This document shows positions 25,763-35,080 of a stretch of 64,000 bases of DNA, in pieces. The translations under genes were made by a program, and so were the position numbers. The stretch comes from Candidatus Gottesmanbacteria bacterium (GTDB taxonomy: Bacteria > Patescibacteriota > Microgenomatia > UBA10105 > UBA927). How positions within the stretch are numbered: the first letter of the stretch is position 1; every line of letters starts with the position of its first letter. Where the stretch lies: contig OY970230.1 of assembly GCA_963714095.1 (NCBI GenBank), positions 660,084 through 724,083 of the forward strand, written 5' to 3'. Under the pieces are notes generated by a model. That model was not told the origin of the DNA. It saw nothing but the letters and a program-made list of their open reading frames with translations, and searched no databases.

Positions 25763-28315
25763 GTGCCGTTGTTTTCGGCTGTCCTTTTTGCAATAATACA
25801 AACGCCGTATTTTCTCCAAACTATGCGTTCTGCTGCCACATCATCTGTACAAGGCACTGATGCCGATTTACCAACAGCCCGTATTGACGCGCAGGACGAC
25901 CCATCCGTATTCCCGCTGCGGGAATACTTGGAAACACACGGCGTTGGGGTGCACATTAATACGCCTCCCGGCAGCAATGTTACCTATCATATTATAATGG
26001 GTGATCAGGCGTTTGTGAAACAAATATTTTCCCGTACGGATAAACGGAGTCAGAAATGCCTTGCAATTGTTGTCGGCGACCGGTATCAGGATCCCGATCC
26101 GGGTGACTATCAGAGTAAAATTGTTTGTATTGATCCGAAAGAATTATCCTCTGACAACGTGATGGATATATTCGATTTTTTCTTCACGTCGGAAAAAAGA
26201 ATTCTTGACCTGCGGACAGAGCGACATACCCGAATCGTACATGAGAAACCGTTTGGTGAATCCCAGGCGCCCGCGGTCGCGGTTGCGGTAGCGGATAAGG
26301 AACGGATAGATACTCTTATTTCCGACGTATTCGGTGAGAGTATAAAGACAGGAGTGAGAAAAAAGAAAGAACTGCCCCGGCGGCATCGGAAAAAAAGCCG
26401 GTGGGTCATCGCACTGCTGATAGGTATAGGACTTCTTATTATTCCGACGATTTGGTATTTGGTCAGTGTTGCGGTCAGCGGTATAGCAATGGCCGCAAGT
26501 GCGCGTTCTATGACCGCAGGAGATATGGGCGCGGCAAGTTGGCAATCGAGGGTTGCAAAATATTGGACCGGACAGGGGAGTATAGTACTTGACGCTGCCG
26601 CCGTTCCTCTTTCGTGGGCCGGTCAAGAGGATTTGATCCGCGGTCAACAGCGGCTGATGTCATTTTTTTCGGATGCGGAAACGGCCAGCGATGAAGTCCA
26701 ATCCATGCTTGGGGTAGGCCAGTCAGTTGCGTCCGGACTGTTAAACCAGGTGGACGTTACCGGCACCGGCACGACACCTGCGGCCGATATCACCCAGCTG
26801 CGGATTTCTCTTGACTCGGTTCAGAACACGCTGGGACTGGCTCAGGCGGAACTTGTACTGCTACTTTCGGACCGTACGTTTCCGTTTTCCGTGCCGTTAG
26901 CCGCCAGGGCGGGAACGTCTATTGTTTCGCAGCTTTCCACAATCCGCGATTCCGCTGCCAACATGGATGACCTTGTTTCACTATTTTTGCAGCTTGCCGG
27001 ATTTAACGAACAGAAAACGTATTTAATCCTTTTGCAGAACAGTAACGAACTGCGGCCAACCGGCGGGTTTATCGGAAGTGTGGCCGTTTCTTCATTTGAA
27101 GACGGACGGATGACGGATCTTCAGGTGCAGGATGTCTATACGTTTGACGGGCAACTCAAAGGGCACGTGGATCCGCCGGTACCTGTCCGGGAGCTGCTTG
27201 GACAGGAGCACTGGTATTTACGCGATTCAAACTGGGATCCGGATTTTTTGGTAAGTGCCGCGCGTGCTGCATGGTTTTACCAGAAGGAAACGGGGAGTAA
27301 TGTGGATGGGGTGTTGGCAATTAACACTCCGTTTATCGTTGAGGTACTGAAAGCTACGGGCCCCATTGATCTACCCGACTACAATGACCGGATTACCGCA
27401 GATAATTTTTACGGTAAGTCCCTCTACTATACGCAAAACGATTCTTTCCCGGGATCGACTCAGAAAAAAGATTTTTTAGGAACGCTGGCACGGGCTCTCA
27501 TAACAAAAATTACAACGAGTAAGACGACAAATATGCAAGCATTATTTCATGCCATAACCACCTCGTTTGCCGGGCATGACATTCTCATGATGTTCGGGTC
27601 GCCCGATCTCCAGTCGGTTATCACCCATTACGGATGGGCAGGCAGGGTGCCGTCTACAACCGGATGCGAGGGTACGGAAGCGGCAGCTTGCAGCTTTGAT
27701 CCGTTCGTTATGGTTGAAGCCAATATGGGAGTCAATAAGGCAAATTATTTTGTAAGCCGTACAGTTGACCGGCAGGTTACCATAAATACGGACGGTGGCA
27801 TCAGTGAAACCGTGACGGCGACACTCAAAAACACCAGCGGGGGGGATCAAAGTTTGCCGTACCGGACATATACGCGGTTTTTATTGCCCGCAGGTGTCAC
27901 GGTTTCCAGTGTCACGCTGGACGGAGCGGCGGTACCCGCTCGCAAAGATACGGCAAAAATACCTTCTCTTCCGTATTATGAGCGGACGGACGTTGCATCC
28001 GATTCCTATGTATTGGGGATAGGGATGGATGTTCCGGCAGGGAGTCAAAAGCAGTTGTCCGTAACGTATACGAGAGATAACGTCGTGCACTTCGGTGCAT
28101 CCGGGGCCGTCGTGGATTTTTTTGTCCAAAAGCAGCCGGGAGTGAGCGCGACCCCCGTTCATACGGTTGTCTACTACCCTGTCGCCTGGACTGCGGGGTT
28201 GGAAGAACAGGCATCCTCCGGCGGGTCAGGGGACTTTATTGCAAATGCAGGCCGACTCGAGTACAATACGGTTCTTGACCGCGATCGTATGACACGTATC
28301 CGGTTCACGAAATGA
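25763..28315 (+). CDS. DUF4012 domain-containing membrane-anchored large protein
   Basis: TM segment WVIALLIGIGLLIIPTIWYLVSVAV, then DUF4012-like core ILLQNSNELRPTGGFIGS and HVDPP...DSNWDPDF. Confidence 0.55.
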   Translation: MPLFSAVLFAIIQTPYFLQTMRSAATSSVQGTDADLPTARIDAQDDPSVFPLREYLETHGVGVHINTPPGSNVTYHIIMGDQAFVKQIFSRTDKRSQKCLAIVVGDRYQDPDPGDYQSKIVCIDPKELSSDNVMDIFDFFFTSEKRILDLRTERHTRIVHEKPFGESQAPAVAVAVADKERIDTLISDVFGESIKTGVRKKKELPRRHRKKSRWVIALLIGIGLLIIPTIWYLVSVAVSGIAMAASARSMTAGDMGAASWQSRVAKYWTGQGSIVLDAAAVPLSWAGQEDLIRGQQRLMSFFSDAETASDEVQSMLGVGQSVASGLLNQVDVTGTGTTPAADITQLRISLDSVQNTLGLAQAELVLLLSDRTFPFSVPLAARAGTSIVSQLSTIRDSAANMDDLVSLFLQLAGFNEQKTYLILLQNSNELRPTGGFIGSVAVSSFEDGRMTDLQVQDVYTFDGQLKGHVDPPVPVRELLGQEHWYLRDSNWDPDFLVSAARAAWFYQKETGSNVDGVLAINTPFIVEVLKATGPIDLPDYNDRITADNFYGKSLYYTQNDSFPGSTQKKDFLGTLARALITKITTSKTTNMQALFHAITTSFAGHDILMMFGSPDLQSVITHYGWAGRVPSTTGCEGTEAAACSFDPFVMVEANMGVNKANYFVSRTVDRQVTINTDGGISETVTATLKNTSGGDQSLPYRTYTRFLLPAGVTVSSVTLDGAAVPARKDTAKIPSLPYYERTDVASDSYVLGIGMDVPAGSQKQLSVTYTRDNVVHFGASGAVVDFFVQKQPGVSATPVHTVVYYPVAWTAGLEEQASSGGSGDFIANAGRLEYNTVLDRDRMTRIRFTK

Positions 28316-29067
28316 AGAAACATTCCTTATCAGCAGACGTGCGTGATCTAGTCGGACGAAAGGTCAAGCGCCTTCGTGCGCAGGGCAACATTCCGGCTAC
28401 CGTTTACGGAAAAAACGTCAAAAGCATTTCCGTTGTGGTTCGAGCTGACGCATTCGAAAAGGTGTACAAGGAAGCAGGGGAGACAGGTCTTGTTGAACTT
28501 GCTGTTGGTAAGGATACGCGACCAGTCCTTGTACATACATTGCAAAAAGATCCCGTAACGAATCACTTACTTCACATTGAATTTCACCAGGTGGATTTGA
28601 AAGAGAAGGTACACGCAAATGTGCCGCTGGAACTGGCAGGAGACGCGCCGGCAGTCGTGGGGAAAGTCGGGGTTCTCCTGACGCTTATCGACCAGGTCGA
28701 AGTCGAGGCTTTGCCGATGGATTTGCCGGAAAAATTGAGTGTCGATGTTTCAAAGCTCTCCAAAGTGAATCAGGAAGTAAAAGTGGGTGAGTTGAAAATG
28801 CCTTCAGGTGTTACACTTTTGATGGATAAAGATCAGTCAGTCGTCAGGGTTGGAGCTTTAATCAGTAAAGAAGCAGAGGCAGAAGCAGTAGCTGAAGCCG
28901 CCGCAGCCGCAGCCGCCGCAGCTGAAGCCGCTGCAGCAGCGACACCAGCAACAGGCACTTCGCCGGCTGGCGGACCCGCCGAAGGAGCGCCATCGGCAGA
29001 CGTTGCGGCAAAACCTCAGGAAGCGGTAAAAGCTCCGGTTGGTGTTACTCCAAAAGCTTCGAAGTAA
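28312..29067 (+). CDS. rplY: 50S ribosomal protein L25 / general stress protein Ctc, with Ala/Glu-rich C-terminal tail
   Basis: N-terminal L25 fold motifs R...GK...R..G.IPAV.YG...VSV....F; low-complexity AEAAAAAAAAAEAAAAA tail. Confidence 0.8.
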   Translation: MKKHSLSADVRDLVGRKVKRLRAQGNIPATVYGKNVKSISVVVRADAFEKVYKEAGETGLVELAVGKDTRPVLVHTLQKDPVTNHLLHIEFHQVDLKEKVHANVPLELAGDAPAVVGKVGVLLTLIDQVEVEALPMDLPEKLSVDVSKLSKVNQEVKVGELKMPSGVTLLMDKDQSVVRVGALISKEAEAEAVAEAAAAAAAAAEAAAAATPATGTSPAGGPAEGAPSADVAAKPQEAVKAPVGVTPKASK

Positions 29068-29566
29068 AAGCGGTCAATCGGTCCACGACAGCATTATTAG
29101 GATCCAGAAGTTGAGCTTTCAACAGATCTGCATGTGCCTGCATAAGATTCCCTTCGCCGTAGTAAAGTGCTGAGAGCTGCACATACCCATCGCGATAATC
29201 AGGGTGAACACTAAGCACATTTTGCCAAAAGATCATGTCTGCTTCTTTCTGTTGTGCTTGTGCTGTTGTCGCGGCGCCAAGTACAGGGCTCAGTTCTGCC
29301 ACAATCGCACGTTCCCTACTAGCGCCTGTGCCCTCAAGCGTTTGGGCGAGAGCTTCATGGGCAGGGGCGGAAAATGGGTGAGTGAATACGGCAAAAAGGT
29401 TTTCAGAATAGGATAAAGGCTTAGTCAGCCACAAAAAGACGTTGAAGCTGACCAGCGCTAGAAGTACTACCCAAAGACAGAGATTTCCGACCCGCGAAAA
29501 GGTTTTTGCGGAGAATATTCGGGAAATATGCGGTAAATGTAGATTCATAAAGAAATGTGGTACCAT
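29045..29566 (-). CDS. hypothetical membrane protein with C-terminal TPR-like region (start chosen at MVPHFF to avoid nth overlap)
   Basis: TM LCLWVVLLALVSFNVFLWL; TPR-like helices HADLLKAQLLDPNNAVVDRL. Confidence 0.35.
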   Translation of the reverse strand: MVPHFFMNLHLPHISRIFSAKTFSRVGNLCLWVVLLALVSFNVFLWLTKPLSYSENLFAVFTHPFSAPAHEALAQTLEGTGASRERAIVAELSPVLGAATTAQAQQKEADMIFWQNVLSVHPDYRDGYVQLSALYYGEGNLMQAHADLLKAQLLDPNNAVVDRLTAFTSKLLE

Positions 29567-29592
29567 TGTAGGCAGACGAAGGGGATTTTGCA

Positions 29593-30276
29593 ATGGTTGA
29601 TACGAAACGGCTTGGTACAATAATTCGTCTGTTAAAACAGACGTATCCGGACGCACGCATTGTTCTTCGGTATTCAAACCCCTGGGAGCTGTTGGTTGCC
29701 GTCATCCTTTCGGCCCAGTGTACCGATGTTACCGTTAATAAAGTGACGGAAAAGCTGTTTGCCAAGTATAAAACATTGGATGCATACCTGCGTGCGAGTC
29801 AGTCTGATTTTGAGCAGGATATCAAATCAACGGGGTTTTACCATAATAAAGCAAAAAATATCTTGGCCTCCGCAAAACTTATAAAGACCAAATTTAACGG
29901 GAAAGTCCCCGACACAATGGAAGCACTTTTAACCCTTCCGGGTGTCGCACGCAAAACTGCCAACGTCGTTTTGGGGAATGCCTACGGAATAGTCGTAGGA
30001 ATTGCAGTCGACACGCATGTCCTGCGTCTGAGCCAGCGGCTGCGCCTGGTGGATCTGAACAAAATCGGCGGTAAGAAACTGATGATTGATTTTAAAAAAG
30101 ATGCCGATCCGGTAAAGATCGAGAAAGAACTGATGGCGGTAATCCCAAAAAAAGACTGGTATACGCTGACTTATCTTCTGATTGATCACGGCCGCGCTGT
30201 ATGCCGCGCCCAAAATCCCAACTGCGCTGGATGCGTGGTCAGTAGGCTGTGTCCGTCCTCCCGCTTGCAGGTGTGA
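29593..30276 (+). CDS. nth: endonuclease III (HhH-GPD DNA glycosylase/AP lyase)
   Basis: HhH motif LPGVARKTANVVL; Fe-S cluster C..QNP.C..C.V...C at the C-terminus. Confidence 0.9.
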   Translation: MVDTKRLGTIIRLLKQTYPDARIVLRYSNPWELLVAVILSAQCTDVTVNKVTEKLFAKYKTLDAYLRASQSDFEQDIKSTGFYHNKAKNILASAKLIKTKFNGKVPDTMEALLTLPGVARKTANVVLGNAYGIVVGIAVDTHVLRLSQRLRLVDLNKIGGKKLMIDFKKDADPVKIEKELMAVIPKKDWYTLTYLLIDHGRAVCRAQNPNCAGCVVSRLCPSSRLQV

Positions 30277-30332
30277 GAGGTCTGTGGTATCCTTTCCCCA
30301 TTACAAAGCACGTTTTACGATAAAGGAGTAGT

Positions 30333-31013
30333 ATGCCGCGAAAAACGACGAAAAAAATAACAAAAAAGCTGCCGGCCGTTCATGAAATGATCGATACGAA
30401 AACGGAAGATCTTATCCCGATGGAATCTCCTAAACAGGTACGTCGTCTCCCCTGGGTACGTGTGGCAGTCGTTGTTGTCATACTGGGGTTGATTGCATTT
30501 TTTGCGTCCAACAAAGGACTCTTGGTTGCGGCGGTCGTCAACGGCAGGCCGATTTTCCGTTGGCAGCTTGATAGCACGCTTATAAGTCAGTACGGACAGC
30601 AAACACTTGATAGCATGATCAGCCAGGCGCTTATCAATGAAGAAGCGGCGAAGGCGGGTATTACTGTTTCCCAGGCTGATATAGCCAAAAAAGAAGCAGA
30701 TTTGGTTCAGAGTTTGGGCGGTAACGTGAGTATCGATGACGTCCTTCAGTATCAGGGGATGACTAGGGCGGATTTTGATAATCAGCTGCGTTTACAGATT
30801 ATGGTGGAGAAGCTTTTGGGGAAAGATATAACCATTTCTGACGCGGATATCACCGCCTATATCGCCACAAGCGGATCGACGCTTACCGCGACGACCGAAG
30901 CAGGTATGCGGGACGAAGCAAAACAGGCTATTTTTTCTCAGGAGATTAATGACAAGCTGCAGACGTGGTTTGCCGGGATTAAAGCAAAGGCGAATATCCT
31001 CCGGTTTTTGTAA
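30333..31013 (+). CDS. SurA N-terminal-domain-like chaperone/PPIase-associated protein with TM anchor
   Basis: TM helix VAVVVVILGLIAFFA; the following sequence resembles the SurA_N/PpiD N-terminal chaperone domain; adjacent to a cyclophilin. Confidence 0.45.
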   Translation: MPRKTTKKITKKLPAVHEMIDTKTEDLIPMESPKQVRRLPWVRVAVVVVILGLIAFFASNKGLLVAAVVNGRPIFRWQLDSTLISQYGQQTLDSMISQALINEEAAKAGITVSQADIAKKEADLVQSLGGNVSIDDVLQYQGMTRADFDNQLRLQIMVEKLLGKDITISDADITAYIATSGSTLTATTEAGMRDEAKQAIFSQEINDKLQTWFAGIKAKANILRFL

Positions 31014-31019
31014 TACGAG

Positions 31020-31700
31020 ATGAAGAAAATATATATTCTTGCCGGCATATTGTTCGTGGGAATTGTCGGAGGAGCATTTCTTTGGAAGTCTCAGCCCAAG
31101 GCTGATCAGCCTCTGGCCGAGGCACCTACACCTACAAATATACCAACAGTAACACCAACAGCATCTATGACAAAAACATACACCAGTCCGCCTGCTATGA
31201 CTATTGATCCGAATAAAACGTACACAGCAACGATGGTGACGGATAAGGGAACGATGGTTATACCACTGTTTGCCAAAGACACGCCGGTGACAGTCAATAA
31301 TTTCGTATTTCTTGCCCGTGCCGGATTTTACAACAACACCATATTTCACCGTATCATAAAAGGATTCATGATTCAGGGGGGAGATCCGCGGGGTGACGGT
31401 ACCGGAGGCCCCGGATACACGTTTGCGGACGAACCTGTAACCCGTGACTATACCCGCGGAACAATTGCCATGGCAAACAGCGGCGCCAACACCAACGGCA
31501 GCCAATTTTTTATCATGCACGCGACTACGCCGCTTCCGAAACAGTATGTGATTTTTGGTGCAATTGACCCGTCAGATACTGCAAGTCTTGCAACGCTCGA
31601 TGCTATCGCATCGTCTCCGGTTACGGATAACGGAATGGGGGAGGACTCCAAACCGGTTGTCGCAACTGTGCTACAATCAATACAGATAAAGGAGGAATAA
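31020..31700 (+). CDS. ppiB: cyclophilin-type peptidyl-prolyl cis-trans isomerase, secreted/membrane-anchored
   Basis: FHRIIKGFMIQGGDP, GTIAMANSGANTNGSQFFI cyclophilin signatures; N-terminal signal. Confidence 0.9.
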   Translation: MKKIYILAGILFVGIVGGAFLWKSQPKADQPLAEAPTPTNIPTVTPTASMTKTYTSPPAMTIDPNKTYTATMVTDKGTMVIPLFAKDTPVTVNNFVFLARAGFYNNTIFHRIIKGFMIQGGDPRGDGTGGPGYTFADEPVTRDYTRGTIAMANSGANTNGSQFFIMHATTPLPKQYVIFGAIDPSDTASLATLDAIASSPVTDNGMGEDSKPVVATVLQSIQIKEE

Positions 31701-31704
31701 TACT

Positions 31705-31950
31705 ATGCCGTGGTATTTAGGAAGTGGTTCCATTATGAGCGCAGGGTTATTCGGGTGGGGAGTCATTCCGCTTGCCATCTGGTCGCTCTTGTGGACTGGA
31801 CTGGCTCTCTGGCACGCAGCGAAACGTAGCGAGAAGTGGTGGTTTATCCTATTTTTACTTGTTCATACCCTGGGAATACTGGAGATCGTGTATCTCGTGT
31901 TCGTCGCAAAAGCGTTTAGTGGCAAGAAAACTCCGCGTCGTCAGAAATGA
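31705..31950 (+). CDS. small two-TM membrane protein (DUF5652-like)
   Basis: Two hydrophobic helices with a WHAAKR loop; a family common in small-genome bacteria. Confidence 0.45.
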   Translation: MPWYLGSGSIMSAGLFGWGVIPLAIWSLLWTGLALWHAAKRSEKWWFILFLLVHTLGILEIVYLVFVAKAFSGKKTPRRQK

Positions 31951-32984
31951 AAACATGGAAGCGGCTTCATGATAATCCCACGCTCTGGCAGCAGTATTTT
32001 GTGCGCGAAAAGGTTATCCGTGCCATACGCTCCTTTTTTGAAAAAGAAAACTTCCACGAGATAGAAACGCCCATCCTTATTGCACATCCTCCGGCCGAGT
32101 CGTATTTGGACGTTTTTGAAACGACGCTCTTGAATCGTCAACGAGAGCCGACAAAGGCATACTTGTCAACGTCTCCGGAAATTCCTCTTAAAAAACTCAT
32201 GGTTGCGGGGTTGGGAGATTGTTATAGCCTTACCCACGCCTTTAGAAATATGGAAACACAGGGGAAACGGCACAATCCGGAATTTACCGTTTTGGAGTGG
32301 TACCGAGTGAGCGCGGATTATTTCGATATTATGAAAGATTGTGAGAATTTACTTCTCGCAATCGCGGGTGGCCGCGGGTTGACCTATCAAAGAAAACAAA
32401 TTGACTTTACGCCGCCATGGGAACGAATCACTGTGGTAGATGCTTTCAAAAAATACGCCAAAATCAATTTTAATGAATTTTTTGATATTGATACTGCGAG
32501 GATCGTGGCAAGCGGTAAAGGCTACAAGGTTGAAAAAAATAATACTTGGGAACAACTGTATAACCAAATATTTTTGAATGAAGTTGAGCCCCGCCTGGGG
32601 CGGGGGAAGCCGACGATTGTATATGATTTTCCCGCTGCTGTTGCTGCTCTTGCGAAGTTAAAAAAGAATGATATGCGCTTCGCAGAGCGGTTCGAGTTCT
32701 ATATTGAAGGGCTTGAATTGGGCGACTGTTATGGTGAATTGACGGATCCGGTGGAGAGTGAAAAACGGTTTGATTTTCAAATGAAAGAGATTAAACGCTT
32801 AGGGAAAACAGCATACGATTACGATCACGATTTTATTGATGCGCTTAAGGTCGGATTGCCGACATGCAGCGGGATAGCCGTCGGCGTTGACCGCCTCATC
32901 ATGCTTTTGGCCGACGTACCCAATATCGCCGACACGTTGTTTTTTCCGGCCAGCGAGGAGTTTCCGTTGCCAGAGAAAGAATAA
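31947..32984 (+). CDS. epmA: EF-P lysine-34 beta-lysyl ligase (class II LysRS paralogue, EpmA/PoxA/GenX)
   Basis: Class II aaRS core motifs FRNMETQGKRHNPEFTVLEWY, GIAVGVDRLIMLL; ~345 aa without an anticodon-binding domain; directly upstream of efp. Confidence 0.75.
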   Translation: MKTWKRLHDNPTLWQQYFVREKVIRAIRSFFEKENFHEIETPILIAHPPAESYLDVFETTLLNRQREPTKAYLSTSPEIPLKKLMVAGLGDCYSLTHAFRNMETQGKRHNPEFTVLEWYRVSADYFDIMKDCENLLLAIAGGRGLTYQRKQIDFTPPWERITVVDAFKKYAKINFNEFFDIDTARIVASGKGYKVEKNNTWEQLYNQIFLNEVEPRLGRGKPTIVYDFPAAVAALAKLKKNDMRFAERFEFYIEGLELGDCYGELTDPVESEKRFDFQMKEIKRLGKTAYDYDHDFIDALKVGLPTCSGIAVGVDRLIMLLADVPNIADTLFFPASEEFPLPEKE

Positions 32985-33035
32985 TTCGATATAATAGGCA
33001 CGACCCACCGAAACCCGGGGGATTTTTATTTTTCT

Positions 33036-33599
33036 ATGAGCACCATTACGACCGGCGATTTTACAAAAAATACATTTATCGAATTTAAGGGTGAGCCGCA
33101 TCAGATTGTGGAATTCCAGCACGTGAACCCCGGCAAAGGCTCCGCGTTTGTACGGACGCGCCTCAAGTCCCTCAAAACCGGCAAAGTGCAGGAATTTACC
33201 TATAAATCCGGCGAATCCGTAACGGAAGTTTCCATTGCCACCCGCGAGATGCAGTACCTCTACAAAGAAGGGGACAATTACGTGTTCATGGACAATACGT
33301 CCTATGAACAATTTAATATTCCCGCCGCAATGCTTGGTATTTACGTCAATTATTTAAAACCCAATGATGTGTATCAGGTATTGGTGAATGGCGAAGAAGC
33401 GGTTGGCCTCCGGTTTCCCAAAAAAGTGCGCCTCAAGGTGACGGAGGCAACCGAGGGCGCTAAGGGCAACACCGTGTCGGGCGCCACCAAAACAGTGATT
33501 GTGGAAACCGGCGCCGTGGTCACCGTGCCGCTGTTTATCAAAGAGGGCGAAACAATCGCCATTGATCCCGAGACCGGCACCTACCTCGAACGCGCATAA
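33036..33599 (+). CDS. efp: elongation factor P
   Basis: KNTFIEFKGEPHQIVEFQHVNPGKGSAFVRTRLK with a conserved Lys in the KPGKG loop. Confidence 0.9.
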   Translation: MSTITTGDFTKNTFIEFKGEPHQIVEFQHVNPGKGSAFVRTRLKSLKTGKVQEFTYKSGESVTEVSIATREMQYLYKEGDNYVFMDNTSYEQFNIPAAMLGIYVNYLKPNDVYQVLVNGEEAVGLRFPKKVRLKVTEATEGAKGNTVSGATKTVIVETGAVVTVPLFIKEGETIAIDPETGTYLERA

Positions 33600-33622
33600 A
33601 TTTCCGTGATACACTATTTTCA

Positions 33623-34174
33623 GTGACACAGAAACTATTACGCCGTCGGATTCTTCTTATTGCCGCAATTATTCTTGTCGTATTGGCTACTTACGTAGTA
33701 ACCAGAAAGACGACAGCGCCGAATCGGTCAGCTGAAGTTTCTCAGGAAGCGACGGCATTTTCTGAAATGACCCGCGTCACGTATGTGGTTGACGGGGACA
33801 CCATTGAAATTGAGGGAGGGAGGCGCGTGCGGTACATAGGAATAGACACACCGGAAATCAGCGGCCACGGAACAAAAGAGGAATGTTACGGCGCCATTGC
33901 CAGGGATGAAAACAGTTCACTCGTCAACGGGAAAACGGTTCGGCTGGTACGTGACGTTTCCGATAAAGATGCGTATGGACGCCTGCTCCGGTACGTCTAC
34001 GTCGGAAATGAATTTATCAATGATGTTCTGGTCCGTCAGGGTTTTGCTGTTGCCGAACCGGTAAAGCCGGATACGCTGTTTGCAAAACAATTTCTTTCCG
34101 CACAAAATGAAGCAAAACAGAACGGGAGGGGATTATGGGCAGCGTGTAAAACTTCCGTTGACACCCCGCCATAA
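33623..34174 (+). CDS. membrane-anchored thermonuclease (SNase-like)
   Basis: N-terminal TM; SNase motifs VVDGDTIEI...YIGIDTPE...YGRLLRYVYV...GLW. Confidence 0.8.
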   Translation: MTQKLLRRRILLIAAIILVVLATYVVTRKTTAPNRSAEVSQEATAFSEMTRVTYVVDGDTIEIEGGRRVRYIGIDTPEISGHGTKEECYGAIARDENSSLVNGKTVRLVRDVSDKDAYGRLLRYVYVGNEFINDVLVRQGFAVAEPVKPDTLFAKQFLSAQNEAKQNGRGLWAACKTSVDTPP

Positions 34175-34192
34175 CCATGGAACAATAGAACT

Positions 34193-35080
34193 ATGCCTGA
34201 TCCGATTACTAACGAAGATTTATATGGGGGGACCTCACAACCACCAAGCCCCATAGTGACTCCAGAGCCTCCGGTTGTACCCGTATCGCCGCAGATTCCC
34301 GTTGAAGAAACGCCGGAAATTCCGATGCCTGCATCCGAGGGTACGCCGGCTCCGGTGGAGCACGCGCCGCCGATGCCGAAAGCATCCCGCGGTTTTCCGA
34401 TTATCGCGATTATTATTTTTATCATTCTTTTCATTGCCGGAATTTTTCTGTCGAGTTATATCCGTCCGTTGATTATAGGACTGAACAATGGATCGCCGAA
34501 GATTTCGACTCCGACGCTGAGTCCGACTTCGCCCCCGACAGCAAGACCGACCATCGTTGTCGCGACACCGACGCCGGCAGATCCGTTCGCCGGCTGGCAG
34601 ACGTTGACCATTGAAGGACTTTCCTATAAATTGCCGCCTGGTGTCTCGGTGCCCGCCTGTGACGGGACGGCATGTGTTTCATACGGGACGTATTTGCCGG
34701 GAGGCACGAGATTTACGATTGCACCGAGAACTGTGACGCAACCACTTTCAAATCTCCGTGGTGCGCTCATCACCGATGTAAACGGAACGGCATTTACCAG
34801 TCGTGACGCCACGGTATCAGGGTCTACGGCAATTGAATTTTCCGGTGAGTTTTCCGGCCGCACCAGCGGCGGATATGGGTTTACCCGGATGCACGGATTT
34901 ATGATTGAGATAACGCCTACAGAAACTATAGAAATAAATCATTTTACGCCGACCGGTATCAGTACGGATTGGGCCCGCGACGATGCGATATTTGCGCAAA
35001 TTATCTCAACCTTGTCATTCACTTCGCAGCCGTCAATGGCAACGATTACGCCGGTCTCGGCAACCACATCGGGATATTAA
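34193..35080 (+). CDS. hypothetical Pro-rich membrane-anchored protein
   Basis: Pro-rich N-terminus, single TM FPIIAIIIFIILFIAGIFL, C-terminal domain without recognised motifs. Confidence 0.35.
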   Translation: MPDPITNEDLYGGTSQPPSPIVTPEPPVVPVSPQIPVEETPEIPMPASEGTPAPVEHAPPMPKASRGFPIIAIIIFIILFIAGIFLSSYIRPLIIGLNNGSPKISTPTLSPTSPPTARPTIVVATPTPADPFAGWQTLTIEGLSYKLPPGVSVPACDGTACVSYGTYLPGGTRFTIAPRTVTQPLSNLRGALITDVNGTAFTSRDATVSGSTAIEFSGEFSGRTSGGYGFTRMHGFMIEITPTETIEINHFTPTGISTDWARDDAIFAQIISTLSFTSQPSMATITPVSATTSGY

